The translations under genes were made by a program, and so were the position numbers. Under the pieces are notes generated by a model. It ran no database searches, was not told the DNA's origin, and saw nothing but the letters and a program-made list of their open reading frames with translations. Shown piece by piece: positions 10,879-20,781 of a stretch of DNA of 64,000 nucleotides; the first letter of the stretch is position 1; each line of letters starts with the position of its first letter. Source of the DNA: an uncultured Bdellovibrionales bacterium (lineage in GTDB: Bacteria > Bdellovibrionota_C > UBA2361 > SZUA-149 > DAOLCO01); NCBI GenBank assembly GCA_964353175.1, contig CAYGUX010000013.1, positions 544 to 64,543 on the forward strand, in the 5' to 3' direction.

Positions 10879-12240
10879 TTGCTTGCCATTTTAGGTGGTC
10901 TATATAGAATATGTTGCATGATAAATGCCTTTGAACATCTCTTAGACGACCCTAGAGTCCAAATTCTCAGACAATTAAGTCCTAAGAAAAACCTATTCTA
11001 CCTAGTAGGTGGAGCATTAAGAGATGCTGTCATAGGAAAACAATCTAATGATCTCGATTTCGCTACACCCCTAAGAGCGAATGAAATCATTCAGATGATG
11101 AACCAATCTGGATTTAAAGTAATCCCAACTGGAATTTCTTTTGAAACTATTACTGTCATACTAGGTCAGAATCTCCCTCAGATTCAAATCTCATCTTTCA
11201 GAGGATCTGGAACGAGTCTGCTTGAAGACTTATCCCTAAGAGATTTTAACATAAACTCATTAGCGCTCGCGCTTACTGATGGTCAACTCTTCGATCCTCA
11301 AAATGGACGAGCAGATATTAATGCTAAAATTGTTAGAGCAAATGGAAGTCCTGCAAAAAGATTTGAAGAAGACCCTCTAAGAATATTACGCTTAATTAGA
11401 CTTGCATCCGAGCTAAACTTTAAAATAGGAGAAGCGACAGAACAAGAAGCTAGAAACTTAGCCCCACTCTTAACCAAAATAAGCATTGAAAGACTTACTG
11501 AGGAATTTATAAAAATCATAGTTTCTGAACATTTCAGGCCGGCTATGAGATTTCTAAAGGAAATAGAGTTTTTTAAACACTATTTACCTGAGCTTGAAGT
11601 CTGCATTGATTTTGAACAAAATGAATTTCATAAACATGACGTATTCGAACATACCTTAGATGTCATAGAACTATGTCATCAAGATAAACTACTCAGGTTG
11701 TCCGCACTATTTCATGATATCGGAAAACCTCCATCCTTAACCATCGATGATGATGGAAGACGGCATTTTTACCTCCACGAAAAAATTGGAGCTGAAATGA
11801 TGTCATCAATTGGGAAAAAAATCAGACTTCCGAATGATTTAATTAAATCAATTCAGACCCTCGTTTTAACACACATGAGACCCCTAGATTGTGGAGATGC
11901 TGGATTAAGAAGGATACTAAGAGATACTGACACCCTCTATGATACTTGGAGAGAATTAAAATGGGCTGACACCATTAGTGTCCTTGGAGATACCACCGTA
12001 ACAAAGGAAGCTTTTCTAGATTTCGATCAAAGGTTAGAGCAGGTAAAGAAAAAGGCTGAAAAGTCACCCTTTAGTGCTCTAGCCATTAGAGGACAAGACT
12101 TAATTAATCTCGGGCTTGCACCGAGTCCAAAATTCAAAGATATTCTAAATAGTTTAAATGAAAAAATAATCGAAAATCCCGATCTAAACAATAGGGATAC
12201 CTTGCTCGATATAATAAAAAATGACTACCTGGATCAATAA
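10879..12240 (+). CDS. cca: tRNA nucleotidyltransferase (CCA-adding/poly(A) polymerase family) with HD domain; start probably ATG 10918
   Basis: LVGGALRD, DLDFAT, DLSLRDFNINSLA, RFEEDPLRILR, HDVFEHT and LFHDIGKP motifs. Confidence 0.88.
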   Translation: MLAILGGLYRICCMINAFEHLLDDPRVQILRQLSPKKNLFYLVGGALRDAVIGKQSNDLDFATPLRANEIIQMMNQSGFKVIPTGISFETITVILGQNLPQIQISSFRGSGTSLLEDLSLRDFNINSLALALTDGQLFDPQNGRADINAKIVRANGSPAKRFEEDPLRILRLIRLASELNFKIGEATEQEARNLAPLLTKISIERLTEEFIKIIVSEHFRPAMRFLKEIEFFKHYLPELEVCIDFEQNEFHKHDVFEHTLDVIELCHQDKLLRLSALFHDIGKPPSLTIDDDGRRHFYLHEKIGAEMMSSIGKKIRLPNDLIKSIQTLVLTHMRPLDCGDAGLRRILRDTDTLYDTWRELKWADTISVLGDTTVTKEAFLDFDQRLEQVKKKAEKSPFSALAIRGQDLINLGLAPSPKFKDILNSLNEKIIENPDLNNRDTLLDIIKNDYLDQ

Positions 12241-12306
12241 GTAATTGCTTTTATAAGTATTGATAAGTAATAATCAACAAAAAATTAATCAAGATCTTCT
12301 AATAAA

Positions 12307-13188
12307 ATGATGAAAAATAAACTCTTAACCATATTTTTATCTACGCTTTCACTTTTTCTAGTCTCCTGCGGAGGGAGCTCAAAAGATGCAACAGTTTTTG
12401 AAATCACTTTTAAGAACACTTCCAAGTCCCCTACTTTCACAGCGCAAAACGGAGCGAGAGTGACTGTGGCCTACTCTGCCATGATCGGAGTTGTTCATAC
12501 TGCAAATTCTCCAATTTACAGGCTAAACCAAAGTGCATCAGAAGGGCTTGAACAGCTTGCTGAGAATGGCAACCCTTCTACATTCATTAGCGAATTAAAT
12601 GTTCTTGAGAATGTCGAAGTTGTTGGTATTGCAAATCAATCTAATACAAGTTCTTCCGGACTATTAGGCCCAGAGGAATCTTTCACCTTGTTAATTTCCG
12701 CAAGTGATACATCTTCAAATTTAAGCTTAGCATCTTCTTTTGTACAAGCTAACGATATCATCATAGCAACTCCTGAGAATGGCGTTCCACTTTTCAACGC
12801 AGATGGTAGTCCAATTTCTGGGAATATCAGCGGTCAAATGGGATATTATGATATAGGTACGGAGTTCAACGAAGCACCAGGCATAGGATCTACTCAAGTA
12901 CTTAGGCAAGGCCCAGCTCCAGAAGGTGAGGTTTCACAAGGACGTAAAGAAGGCGGGGTAGTGACAGTCTTAAATGATGGATTTATATACCCTTCAGCTG
13001 CCTCTACGATACAAGTAAGTATAAAAGTTATAGATAGAGGCAATCTTCCTCCAGCTAGTCCGTCACCTAGCCCACTACCCTCACCTTCTGCAGCAGAACC
13101 AACAGCTACAGCGACTCCTTCTGCTAGCGCAAGTGCTTCAAGTAGTCCAAGCGTAAGTGCGAGTACTGCTGCTAGTCCTATTGCATAA
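12307..13188 (+). CDS. Spondin_N-like domain lipoprotein with Pro/Ser/Ala-rich tail
   Basis: Lipobox LVSC; ASEGLEQLAENG, NDIIIA and YDIGTEFNE match the bacterial spondin-domain pattern. Confidence 0.75.
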   Translation: MMKNKLLTIFLSTLSLFLVSCGGSSKDATVFEITFKNTSKSPTFTAQNGARVTVAYSAMIGVVHTANSPIYRLNQSASEGLEQLAENGNPSTFISELNVLENVEVVGIANQSNTSSSGLLGPEESFTLLISASDTSSNLSLASSFVQANDIIIATPENGVPLFNADGSPISGNISGQMGYYDIGTEFNEAPGIGSTQVLRQGPAPEGEVSQGRKEGGVVTVLNDGFIYPSAASTIQVSIKVIDRGNLPPASPSPSPLPSPSAAEPTATATPSASASASSSPSVSASTAASPIA

Positions 13189-13250
13189 TCTAGCGGAGGG
13201 TATTTATCTAGGTAATATTACAATACATATTATTTAGAGAAGTTAACTAC

Positions 13251-13655
13251 CTAGGAGAGCTTAGTTGCGTTCTTAACCCACTCAACACAATCGACAGTGG
13301 ATGCTCCGGGTGTAAATATTTTTTTCACACCCATCTCTACTAACTTTCCAATATCGTCATCGGGGATAATTCCACCGCCGAATACTTGAATTTCCTCCGC
13401 TCCCTCCGCCTTCAATAGCCTAAGAACTTTAGGGAACACTGTCATGTGTGCCCCTGAAAGGATACTAATCCCTAAAAAATCTACATCTTCCTGAATAGCG
13501 GTAGTAACTACGGCTTCAGCTGTTTGATGTAGCCCCGTATAAATAACTTCCATCCCACCATCTCTTAAAGCTCTCGCAATTACTTTTGCGCCTCTATCAT
13601 GACCATCAAGGCCAACCTTAGCTACCAAAACTCTGATTTTTTTATCCATGCCCAT
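13251..13655 (-). CDS. B12-binding small subunit of acyl-CoA mutase (IcmB-like)
   Basis: [13 protein letters not shown] (DxHxxG), GISILSGAH and FGGGIIP motifs. Start adjusted to ATG 13655/13649 behind AAGGGA. Confidence 0.92.
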   Translation of the reverse strand: MGMDKKIRVLVAKVGLDGHDRGAKVIARALRDGGMEVIYTGLHQTAEAVVTTAIQEDVDFLGISILSGAHMTVFPKVLRLLKAEGAEEIQVFGGGIIPDDDIGKLVEMGVKKIFTPGASTVDCVEWVKNATKLS

Positions 13656-13671
13656 TCCCTTAACTCTAAAT

Positions 13672-15315
13672 CTATATAAATCCTGGATCAGTATAGACAC
13701 CAAATACTTCTCTATATACATCACAGACCTCGCCCAATGTTACTCCCTTAGAAACTGCCTCTATTAATATAGGCATAACATTTTCAGTGGTCTTACAGGA
13801 TTCCTTCAAACTAACTAAGCTCTGCCTTACTTCACTCTCAGATCTTCTCGACAAGAACCCCCTGAACTGCTCAATCCTATTTTGCTCAAGCTCTAAAGGC
13901 ACCTTATGAGTTTCAATCTTAGGATCATCAGCAGAATCACTATAATCAGTAACTCCCACTATCGATCGTTTCCCTTGTTCAAGTTCTTTTTGAAATAAAT
14001 AAGCAGATTCAGCTATTTCTTTCTGCGGGTAACCATTATCGATAGCAATAACCATCCCGCCCATTTGATCTAACTTATTTATATACTGCATCGCCTCCGC
14101 TTCGACTTTATCAGTCAACCACTCGACATAATAAGACCCACCTAGAGGATCGACAGTATTAGTAACTCCTGTTTCATTAGCTATGATCTGTTGAGTTTTT
14201 AAGGCAACCTTCACAGCTTGCTCTGTTGGCAAAGACAAAGTCTCATCCATTGCATTGGTATGTAAGGACTGAGTTCCACCTAATACCGCCGCCAAAGCTT
14301 GTATTGCGACTCTAGCGACATTATTTAAAGGTTGTTGCGCTGTTAAACTTACGCCAGCAGTTTGTGCGTGTGTTCTAAGCATCATAGACATTGGGTTCTT
14401 TGCACCAAAACGATCTTTCATAAACCTTGCCCACATCCTCCTACCCGCTCGGAACTTAGCAATCTCTTCAAAAAAATCGTTATGTACATCCCAAAAGAAA
14501 GAAAGACGAGAAGCAAAACTATCTACATCCAAGCCACGCTTACAAAGCTCCTCTACATAAGCAATCCCATCATACAAAGTAAAAGCCAACTCTTGCACTG
14601 CAGAAGCCCCTGCCTCTCTAATATGATAGCCTGAGATACTTACAGCTTGGAATCGTTTTGCCTCCTTACTGCAATACTCAATCATATCGCAAACAAGCCT
14701 AACTGAAGGCTTAGGTGGAGATATCCACTCTTTCTGAGCAATGTATTCTTTAAATATATCATTCTGGATAGTCCCACCCATATCATTCAAAGAATAGCCT
14801 CTACTCTTACCAAGGGCAAAATACATTGCTAAAACAGGTGAAGCGCTACAATTAATAGTCATAGAAGTAGTGACTTTTGTTAAATCAATACCTGAAAATA
14901 GAATCTCCATATCCTCGATACAACTTAGACTAACCCCTTCTCTTCCTACTTCTCCCTCTGACAAAGGATGAGTAGGATCGTAACCCATCAAACTTGGCAT
15001 ATCAAAAGCTGTAGATAATCCTGTTTGACCTTGGCTTAACAAATAATGAAAACGTTCATTTGTATCTTTTGGGTCGCCAAAGCCTGCAAACTGCCTCATA
15101 GTCCATAACTTGGTCCGATAACCTTTAGATCTTACTCCTCGGGTATAAGGGTAAATACCAGGGAAGCCTATCTCCTCAGGCACTTCACCGGAAGCGGGAT
15201 AGGATAGAACTGGCACGTCAATTCCACCTAGAGTTTTATAATAATCCTCTCTTTCCTTATCCTTGGAACTTAGTTCCTTCCAAAGTTCAAATTGCAGAGA
15301 AGACTTTTTACCCAT
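13672..15315 (-). CDS. Acyl-CoA mutase large (substrate-binding) subunit, probably isobutyryl-CoA mutase IcmA rather than methylmalonyl-CoA mutase
   Basis: [38 protein letters not shown] and [10 protein letters not shown] motifs; Phe and Gln at the specificity positions. Confidence 0.9.
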   Translation of the reverse strand: MGKKSSLQFELWKELSSKDKEREDYYKTLGGIDVPVLSYPASGEVPEEIGFPGIYPYTRGVRSKGYRTKLWTMRQFAGFGDPKDTNERFHYLLSQGQTGLSTAFDMPSLMGYDPTHPLSEGEVGREGVSLSCIEDMEILFSGIDLTKVTTSMTINCSASPVLAMYFALGKSRGYSLNDMGGTIQNDIFKEYIAQKEWISPPKPSVRLVCDMIEYCSKEAKRFQAVSISGYHIREAGASAVQELAFTLYDGIAYVEELCKRGLDVDSFASRLSFFWDVHNDFFEEIAKFRAGRRMWARFMKDRFGAKNPMSMMLRTHAQTAGVSLTAQQPLNNVARVAIQALAAVLGGTQSLHTNAMDETLSLPTEQAVKVALKTQQIIANETGVTNTVDPLGGSYYVEWLTDKVEAEAMQYINKLDQMGGMVIAIDNGYPQKEIAESAYLFQKELEQGKRSIVGVTDYSDSADDPKIETHKVPLELEQNRIEQFRGFLSRRSESEVRQSLVSLKESCKTTENVMPILIEAVSKGVTLGEVCDVYREVFGVYTDPGFI

Positions 15316-16489
15316 TTTGAAATTCCTTTAGTACCGCCGCAGAAATTACCATTCTCTGAATCTCACTTGTTCCTTCATAGATTTCAGTGATTTTAGCATC
15401 TCTTAGATGTCTTTCAACATTAAAATCTTTTACATATCCATAACCACCATGAATTTGAATGGCCTTATTCGTAATTCTCATGGCCGTTTCTGAAGAAAAC
15501 AACTTAGCCTGAGCAGCAAATCTACTATAAGGTAATTTTTTGTCCTTTCTCCTAGCTGCGGACAGGGCCAACATTCTACTTGCATCAAGTTCCGTGTTCA
15601 TATCAGCCAAATAATTTTGAATAGACTGATGCTCATATAAAAACTTTCCAAAAGTTTGTCTCTCAGTCGTATATCTCACAGCAGCCTCTAATGCCGCCCC
15701 AGCTATTCCACATGCCTGAGAGGCTATCCCTATACGACCACCATCAAGAGTTGACATAGCAATTTTAAACCCATCTCCACTTTTACCTAACATCTGAGAC
15801 TCTGTAAGCTTAACATCTTCAAATGTAATACTTGCTGTTGGAGAACCACAAATTCCTAACTTATCCTCCTTATGACCAATACTTATGCCCTCAGTTTTCA
15901 AATCCACTATAAAAGCGGTAATACCCTTATGGCCTTTATCTGCATTTTCCATTGTAAAGAGTACGCATACATCAGCAATCGGCGCATTAGTAATCCAATT
16001 CTTAACCCCATTTACAACATAATCAGATCCACTCTTCTTAGCCATACAAGTCTGTCTAGCCGCATCACTGCCAGTACCAGGCTCACTCAATGCGAAACAA
16101 CCAATCTTTTTACCCGCTGACATCTCAGGCAAATACTTAGCTTTCTGTTCATCAGTCCCATAAGTTAGTATCGGCCAAATCGCTAATGAATTGTGCGCAC
16201 TCACAACCACACAGGTTGAAGCGCAACCACGAGCTAACTCCTCAACGATTAAAGCATAAGACGTATAACTAAGATCACTTCCACCATAAGCCTCTGGAAC
16301 ACACACGCCCATAAATCCTAAAGAAGCACATTCTTCGACTAAAGATAAAGGAACTGCATGCTCCTTATCAATCTGCCGAGAGAGTGGTTCGATCTTCTCT
16401 GTAGCAAAATCCCTACAAGCATCCCTAACTAACCTTTCTTCTTCACTTAAAAATAGTTCTACCGCACTCTCAATCATATTATTTCCCAA
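15308..16489 (-). CDS. Short-chain (butyryl-CoA type) acyl-CoA dehydrogenase
   Basis: FALSEPGTGSDA, KNWITN, LDGGRIGIA, QIHGGYGY and EIYEGTSEIQR motifs. Confidence 0.95.
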   Translation of the reverse strand: MGNNMIESAVELFLSEEERLVRDACRDFATEKIEPLSRQIDKEHAVPLSLVEECASLGFMGVCVPEAYGGSDLSYTSYALIVEELARGCASTCVVVSAHNSLAIWPILTYGTDEQKAKYLPEMSAGKKIGCFALSEPGTGSDAARQTCMAKKSGSDYVVNGVKNWITNAPIADVCVLFTMENADKGHKGITAFIVDLKTEGISIGHKEDKLGICGSPTASITFEDVKLTESQMLGKSGDGFKIAMSTLDGGRIGIASQACGIAGAALEAAVRYTTERQTFGKFLYEHQSIQNYLADMNTELDASRMLALSAARRKDKKLPYSRFAAQAKLFSSETAMRITNKAIQIHGGYGYVKDFNVERHLRDAKITEIYEGTSEIQRMVISAAVLKEFQNG

Positions 16490-17282
16490 TAAATACAGGT
16501 TTTCTTTTTTCTATAAAAGCTTTTCGACCTTCTATCCCATCCTCAGTATAAAACAGCTCGTAAAACTCCTTAGTCTCTGACTGAATGCTAGCTAAATATT
16601 CTTCGCTTGCGGGTTTAGACAAAGCTCGTTTAATCGATTGAATTGCTAATGGAGGCTTTACAGATAATTCCTTAGCGAATTTATTCACTTCGCTGGAAAG
16701 ATCATCCTTGGAAGTTAATTCATCTATTAATCCTATTCTCAAAGCATCTTCCGCATCAAGCATATCTCCGCTCATTACCATTTTATTAGCTCTTGATAAA
16801 GGAAGCCTCCTCAATACCCTTCTTGTCCCTCCAAATCCTGGCAACAAACCTAATGTAACTTCAGGAAATCCAAACTTAGAAGTCTCATCTGCAAATATAA
16901 AATCACAGGACAACGCAAGCTCTAAACCACCACCCAAACAATACCCACCAACCTCCGCTATCACTGGACATCGAAAGTTATCAATCTTTTCCATCACCCG
17001 CAGAGCTAAACTAATATATTCCTCTAACTGTGTTCTAGACATTTGATCGAATTCGAGAATATCAGCCCCAGCGACAAAAGCTTTATCCCCAGCCCCAGCA
17101 AGGATTAACACTCTTGTCTGTTTTTCAGGTTTAACTTGAACATCATTTAAATGTGCGAGGGCATTATTTAGCTCACGTAATATATCACTATTTAAAGCAT
17201 TAAGTGCTTTGGTTCGATCAATCGTAATTTTTGAAACATGATCACTTATATTTTCTATAACCAAAAGTCCGGACATAATCAC
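16479..17282 (-). CDS. Enoyl-CoA hydratase (crotonase)
   Basis: KAFVAGADI, GGGLELALSCD and PEVTLGLLPGFGGT motifs. Confidence 0.94.
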   Translation of the reverse strand: MIMSGLLVIENISDHVSKITIDRTKALNALNSDILRELNNALAHLNDVQVKPEKQTRVLILAGAGDKAFVAGADILEFDQMSRTQLEEYISLALRVMEKIDNFRCPVIAEVGGYCLGGGLELALSCDFIFADETSKFGFPEVTLGLLPGFGGTRRVLRRLPLSRANKMVMSGDMLDAEDALRIGLIDELTSKDDLSSEVNKFAKELSVKPPLAIQSIKRALSKPASEEYLASIQSETKEFYELFYTEDGIEGRKAFIEKRKPVFIGK

Positions 17283-17313
17283 TCTAAAAATTTACAGAAT
17301 TAACAATTACCAC

Positions 17314-17661
17314 TTAACCAGGTGGCCAAGAGAACTCTCTACCCCCTACAACATGTAGATGCAGTTGGAATACAGTTTGACCTGCAGATTCTCCAGAATT
17401 TATAACAACTCTATAACCACTTTCTGAGATCTTTTCTTGGCGAGCGACTTCCGCGCTAACAAATAACAAATGTCCTAAAAGTTCTTTATGACTTGAATCA
17501 GCTTCACTTAGTTGAGGGATATCTACTTTGGGGATTACTAGTATATGAACAGGACTGATTGGAGCAACATCCCTAATAGCAAAACACTTCTCATCATCCC
17601 AGATTTTGATAGAAGGAATTTCTCCCCTCATAATCTTATGAAATATTGTATTATTTGGCAT
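17314..17661 (-). CDS. hinT: Histidine triad nucleotide-binding protein
   Basis: IFHKIMRGEIP and GQTVFQLHLHVVGGR...WPPG (first triad His reads Q). Confidence 0.9.
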   Translation of the reverse strand: MPNNTIFHKIMRGEIPSIKIWDDEKCFAIRDVAPISPVHILVIPKVDIPQLSEADSSHKELLGHLLFVSAEVARQEKISESGYRVVINSGESAGQTVFQLHLHVVGGREFSWPPG

Positions 17662-17784
17662 ACTTAAGTTGTTTCAATATTATTGTAAATTTTTGGATCA
17701 AATTACTTCTTTAATACATCTAAACTAATGCTACTATAACACTAGGAGTTTCGTTTGGCTTTAACTAATTGAGTAATAGAGATT

Positions 17785-18345
17785 ATGGATCAAGAACTTG
17801 AAAGGACAGCAGTATTAGAAGGAGTTAAAAATGACTCTATAAAAGAACTTGCTAGTATTCAAACACTTAAAAGTGGCATTGAATCTGGCGCGGCCTTCCC
17901 GAAACTAAGCGAACCTATCGCGGTTGTTAAGTTTGAAATGCTTGAAGCAGAGCTTCTTAATCAAAGGATTCTACCTAAAACTCACGAAACTTTATCCCAA
18001 AAAATCAGGCACGAAGTAAATCTACTATCTTGGCACGCCAAACGACTGGGAGTAGATATTCAAAGTATTAACTTCCTTGTAGATGTACCTAGACTAATTC
18101 TTAAATTGAGTTCGCAGGATATGTCTCCTAGCACATCTTCTCTAGCATACTTAGAATTATTTTCAGACTATATTCAGGGAAAATTTGATAGCACCTCAAA
18201 TAAGTATGAAGAAGGGCTAAACCTGGTACTAAATGCAATTTTAAACTCTAAACAAGATAAAGTATTAGATCAAAATACCTGCATTTTACCTATCTCTAAA
18301 ACTGATTTTTTTAAGCAGCTAAACTTAAATATTAAGCAAGTCTAA
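17785..18345 (+). CDS. Hypothetical protein
   Basis: 186-aa ORF with normal composition; no family recognised. Confidence 0.65.
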   Translation: MDQELERTAVLEGVKNDSIKELASIQTLKSGIESGAAFPKLSEPIAVVKFEMLEAELLNQRILPKTHETLSQKIRHEVNLLSWHAKRLGVDIQSINFLVDVPRLILKLSSQDMSPSTSSLAYLELFSDYIQGKFDSTSNKYEEGLNLVLNAILNSKQDKVLDQNTCILPISKTDFFKQLNLNIKQV

Positions 18346-18374
18346 GAAAACTACCTTTTGGAAGCTGACCCTAT

Positions 18375-18551
18375 TTAGCGCCTAATAACTTTTAGCCTTT
18401 TACCAATCACACTTTGCCTCTCTGCAACAATCATAAGCCATGACGCTGCAAAAGCATAATATGGAACTTGCGTTAAGGGGGAATTCACAAACCTAGCCTG
18501 TATGGCAAAAGTAAGAAGAAACAAAAATAGAAATCCTAAGCGTAATAACAT
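18375..18551 (-). CDS. Putative small membrane protein (58 aa), below the ORF-track cutoff
   Basis: Hand translation gives MLLRLGFLFLFLLTFAIQARFVNSPLTQVPYYAFAASWLMIVAERQSVIGKRLKVIRR*; AAGGG just upstream. Confidence 0.45.
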   Translation of the reverse strand: MLLRLGFLFLFLLTFAIQARFVNSPLTQVPYYAFAASWLMIVAERQSVIGKRLKVIRR

Positions 18552-18601
18552 ACCCTTGATATCGAGTAATGTTATGGGAAACTTTACACTCCGGCTCTTA
18601 A

Positions 18602-18628
18602 AGCCCTAAGATTTTCAACCTTAGGGCT
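18602..18628 (-). terminator. Probable terminator hairpin downstream of 18672..19505
   Basis: AGCCCTAAG...CTTAGGGCT 9-bp stem. Confidence 0.5.
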
Positions 18629-18671
18629 CAGTCTATTCTCGAACAAACAAATAGAAACGCAATAAGTGTAA

Positions 18672-19505
18672 TTAGTTACACTTAACGACTACATTTAGAT
18701 TCCCAGTATTACTTGTACTGAAGGATCCAATAAAAGAGGTAGACCCTCCATCCTCAACTACTAGTTCACCAGTCCCAGTGAAACTAGAATTAGAACTTAT
18801 AAGTGTAAAATCTCCCGCCTCAGAGATACTAAAGCTATACTTTTCACTATCCTTGCATAGCTCATCTATTTCGCAGGTAGAAAAAATAAATGCATTTAAA
18901 CTCTGAACTCCTCCACCGGAGTTCGCTCCATCTACCGCAGTGGCAGAAGCTTCTAGAGAAGGTAAGCCCGTACTATCTCCAGTAGCTTCGCTACCTTCCG
19001 TTAAAATAGTAGCGTCACAGCTTAAAGATGATCCAGACAATACAGTGTGAACTTCAGATATAGTAGATGCACCACCACGGTCTCTCACAATTAATCTAAA
19101 CTCTGCTGGCAAATAATCCTCGAACGCAAGAACAGATTCAACATCCACAGAATCTTCAACCTTAGTTTCGCTTATACTCTTCAATAAACCCTCATTGACT
19201 TCAACGGAAGCAGGGAAACCCAAAAAGTCTTTAACTTTTCTGCTAATGTTCTGTCCCTTGGGCTTAATCCATAATTCTGAACGTAAATCTTCCTTAGGAC
19301 TATTATTGTCCGTACAATCCCACTTAACGAAAAATGCTTCCGAAGCGATTGAAGGAATATCAAAGGTACACTCAGGTGGCACTAGATCACCATCACCAAC
19401 GAATTGCTCCTTATCTCCGCCAAAAGTAGAGACCTCCGCAAATGTCTGTGTTGAAAAAGCTAAAGCACCTATAAAAAGCGCGGACTTACTTAAAAAATTA
19501 GCCAT
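18672..19505 (-). CDS. Hypothetical secreted protein
   Basis: Signal peptide (TQTFA|EV); acidic, Ser/Gly-rich, paired cysteines. Confidence 0.7.
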   Translation of the reverse strand: MANFLSKSALFIGALAFSTQTFAEVSTFGGDKEQFVGDGDLVPPECTFDIPSIASEAFFVKWDCTDNNSPKEDLRSELWIKPKGQNISRKVKDFLGFPASVEVNEGLLKSISETKVEDSVDVESVLAFEDYLPAEFRLIVRDRGGASTISEVHTVLSGSSLSCDATILTEGSEATGDSTGLPSLEASATAVDGANSGGGVQSLNAFIFSTCEIDELCKDSEKYSFSISEAGDFTLISSNSSFTGTGELVVEDGGSTSFIGSFSTSNTGNLNVVVKCN

Positions 19506-19644
19506 GATATCGATACTTTATAAAATCTGATTTATTAAACTACATACCTTACAATAAATGTAAGATCTCATATCTTTAGATTTGCTACCACTAAAAAAGT
19601 TTCGTATTATCTCGACAATTAATACGAATTAAGTAGAAAATTAG

Positions 19645-20139
19645 ATGCGACAAAAAATTTGGGTATATCCCCTAGCAACGAACTTAAGTGAACCTATAGC
19701 CGATAAAATCAGTCGGGAGATCTCTGGCTTTTTGGCTATGTGGGATACACATGGAGTACCTGTTGATGGTGGACTAAAGATCTTGGGTAATAAGATCATA
19801 ATGATTTCACTAAACAGTGAGGAGGTGATACCCTCGGGGTGCGCTAAGGATAAACTTGATAATTCGATTCGGCAAATTTGTTTAAATAACGGGATCACCG
19901 TACTAGATGAGTCAAATCTTATAATAAAGAAAAGTGACCTTAGTTTTGAAGTATTAAACAGGCTTGAATTAAAGGCACTCTTGAATTCAGGAGATCTCGG
20001 GTTGGAGACCCTACTTCTAGATTACTCGTGCTTAGGAAATGAAGAGACAGATTTAAACAATGTATTTCGCCCGATAAAAGATACTTGGGCATTTAAGCTT
20101 AAAAACAAACCAATAGAGGAAAAACAAAATGGCATTTGA
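19645..20139 (+). CDS. Conserved hypothetical protein (WxxHG...SGCxxD family)
   Basis: WDTHG and PSGCAKD motifs recalled from a widespread uncharacterised family; overlaps the start of sod. Confidence 0.65.
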   Translation: MRQKIWVYPLATNLSEPIADKISREISGFLAMWDTHGVPVDGGLKILGNKIIMISLNSEEVIPSGCAKDKLDNSIRQICLNNGITVLDESNLIIKKSDLSFEVLNRLELKALLNSGDLGLETLLLDYSCLGNEETDLNNVFRPIKDTWAFKLKNKPIEEKQNGI

Positions 20140-20731
20140 ATTACCAAAACTACCTTACGATTACAAAGCACTTGAACCACATATTGATGCTAAGACTATG
20201 GAGATTCACCATACTAAGCATCATCAAGCATATATAAATAAAGCTAATGAGACTTTAGCCGGGACTCCTTTTGAGGATAAATCAGCTGAAGAGATCCTAA
20301 GAGGATTTAGCGATCTTCCAGACAATATAAAAGGTGTCGTTCAGAATCATGTAGGCGGACATGCGAATCACAGTCTTTTCTGGGAGGTCATGAGCCCAAC
20401 TAAATCAATCCCTTCTAAAGATTTAGCATCAGCCATAGACACTGACTTAGGTGGAATGGATTCACTAAAAGAAAAGTTTTCTGCGCTTGCGATGGGCCGA
20501 TTTGGAAGTGGCTGGGCATGGGTGAACGTAAACAATGGCAAGCTTGAATTAGAGAATACCCCTAATCAAGACTCACCGTTAATGGCTGGCAAAACTCCGA
20601 TACTTGGGCTTGATGTATGGGAACACGCCTACTACCTAAACTATCAAAACAAAAGAGCGGACTATGTAAGTGCGTTCTTCAATATCGTGAATTGGGAAAA
20701 AGTTAGTGAGTTATACTCTAAGGCTAAATAG
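20129..20731 (+). CDS. sodA: Fe/Mn superoxide dismutase (cytoplasmic, Mn-type signature GGHANH)
   Basis: [26 protein letters not shown] and DVWEHAYY motifs. Confidence 0.95.
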   Translation: MAFELPKLPYDYKALEPHIDAKTMEIHHTKHHQAYINKANETLAGTPFEDKSAEEILRGFSDLPDNIKGVVQNHVGGHANHSLFWEVMSPTKSIPSKDLASAIDTDLGGMDSLKEKFSALAMGRFGSGWAWVNVNNGKLELENTPNQDSPLMAGKTPILGLDVWEHAYYLNYQNKRADYVSAFFNIVNWEKVSELYSKAK

Positions 20732-20745
20732 TTCACTACTAAGTT

Positions 20746-20781
20746 AGAATGCCCCTCTTTTTAAGATGAGAGAGGCATTCT
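20746..20781 (+). terminator. Hairpin/terminator after sodA
   Basis: AGAATGCC.CCTCT...AGAG.AGGCATTCT imperfect stem just after the stop codon. Confidence 0.55.
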
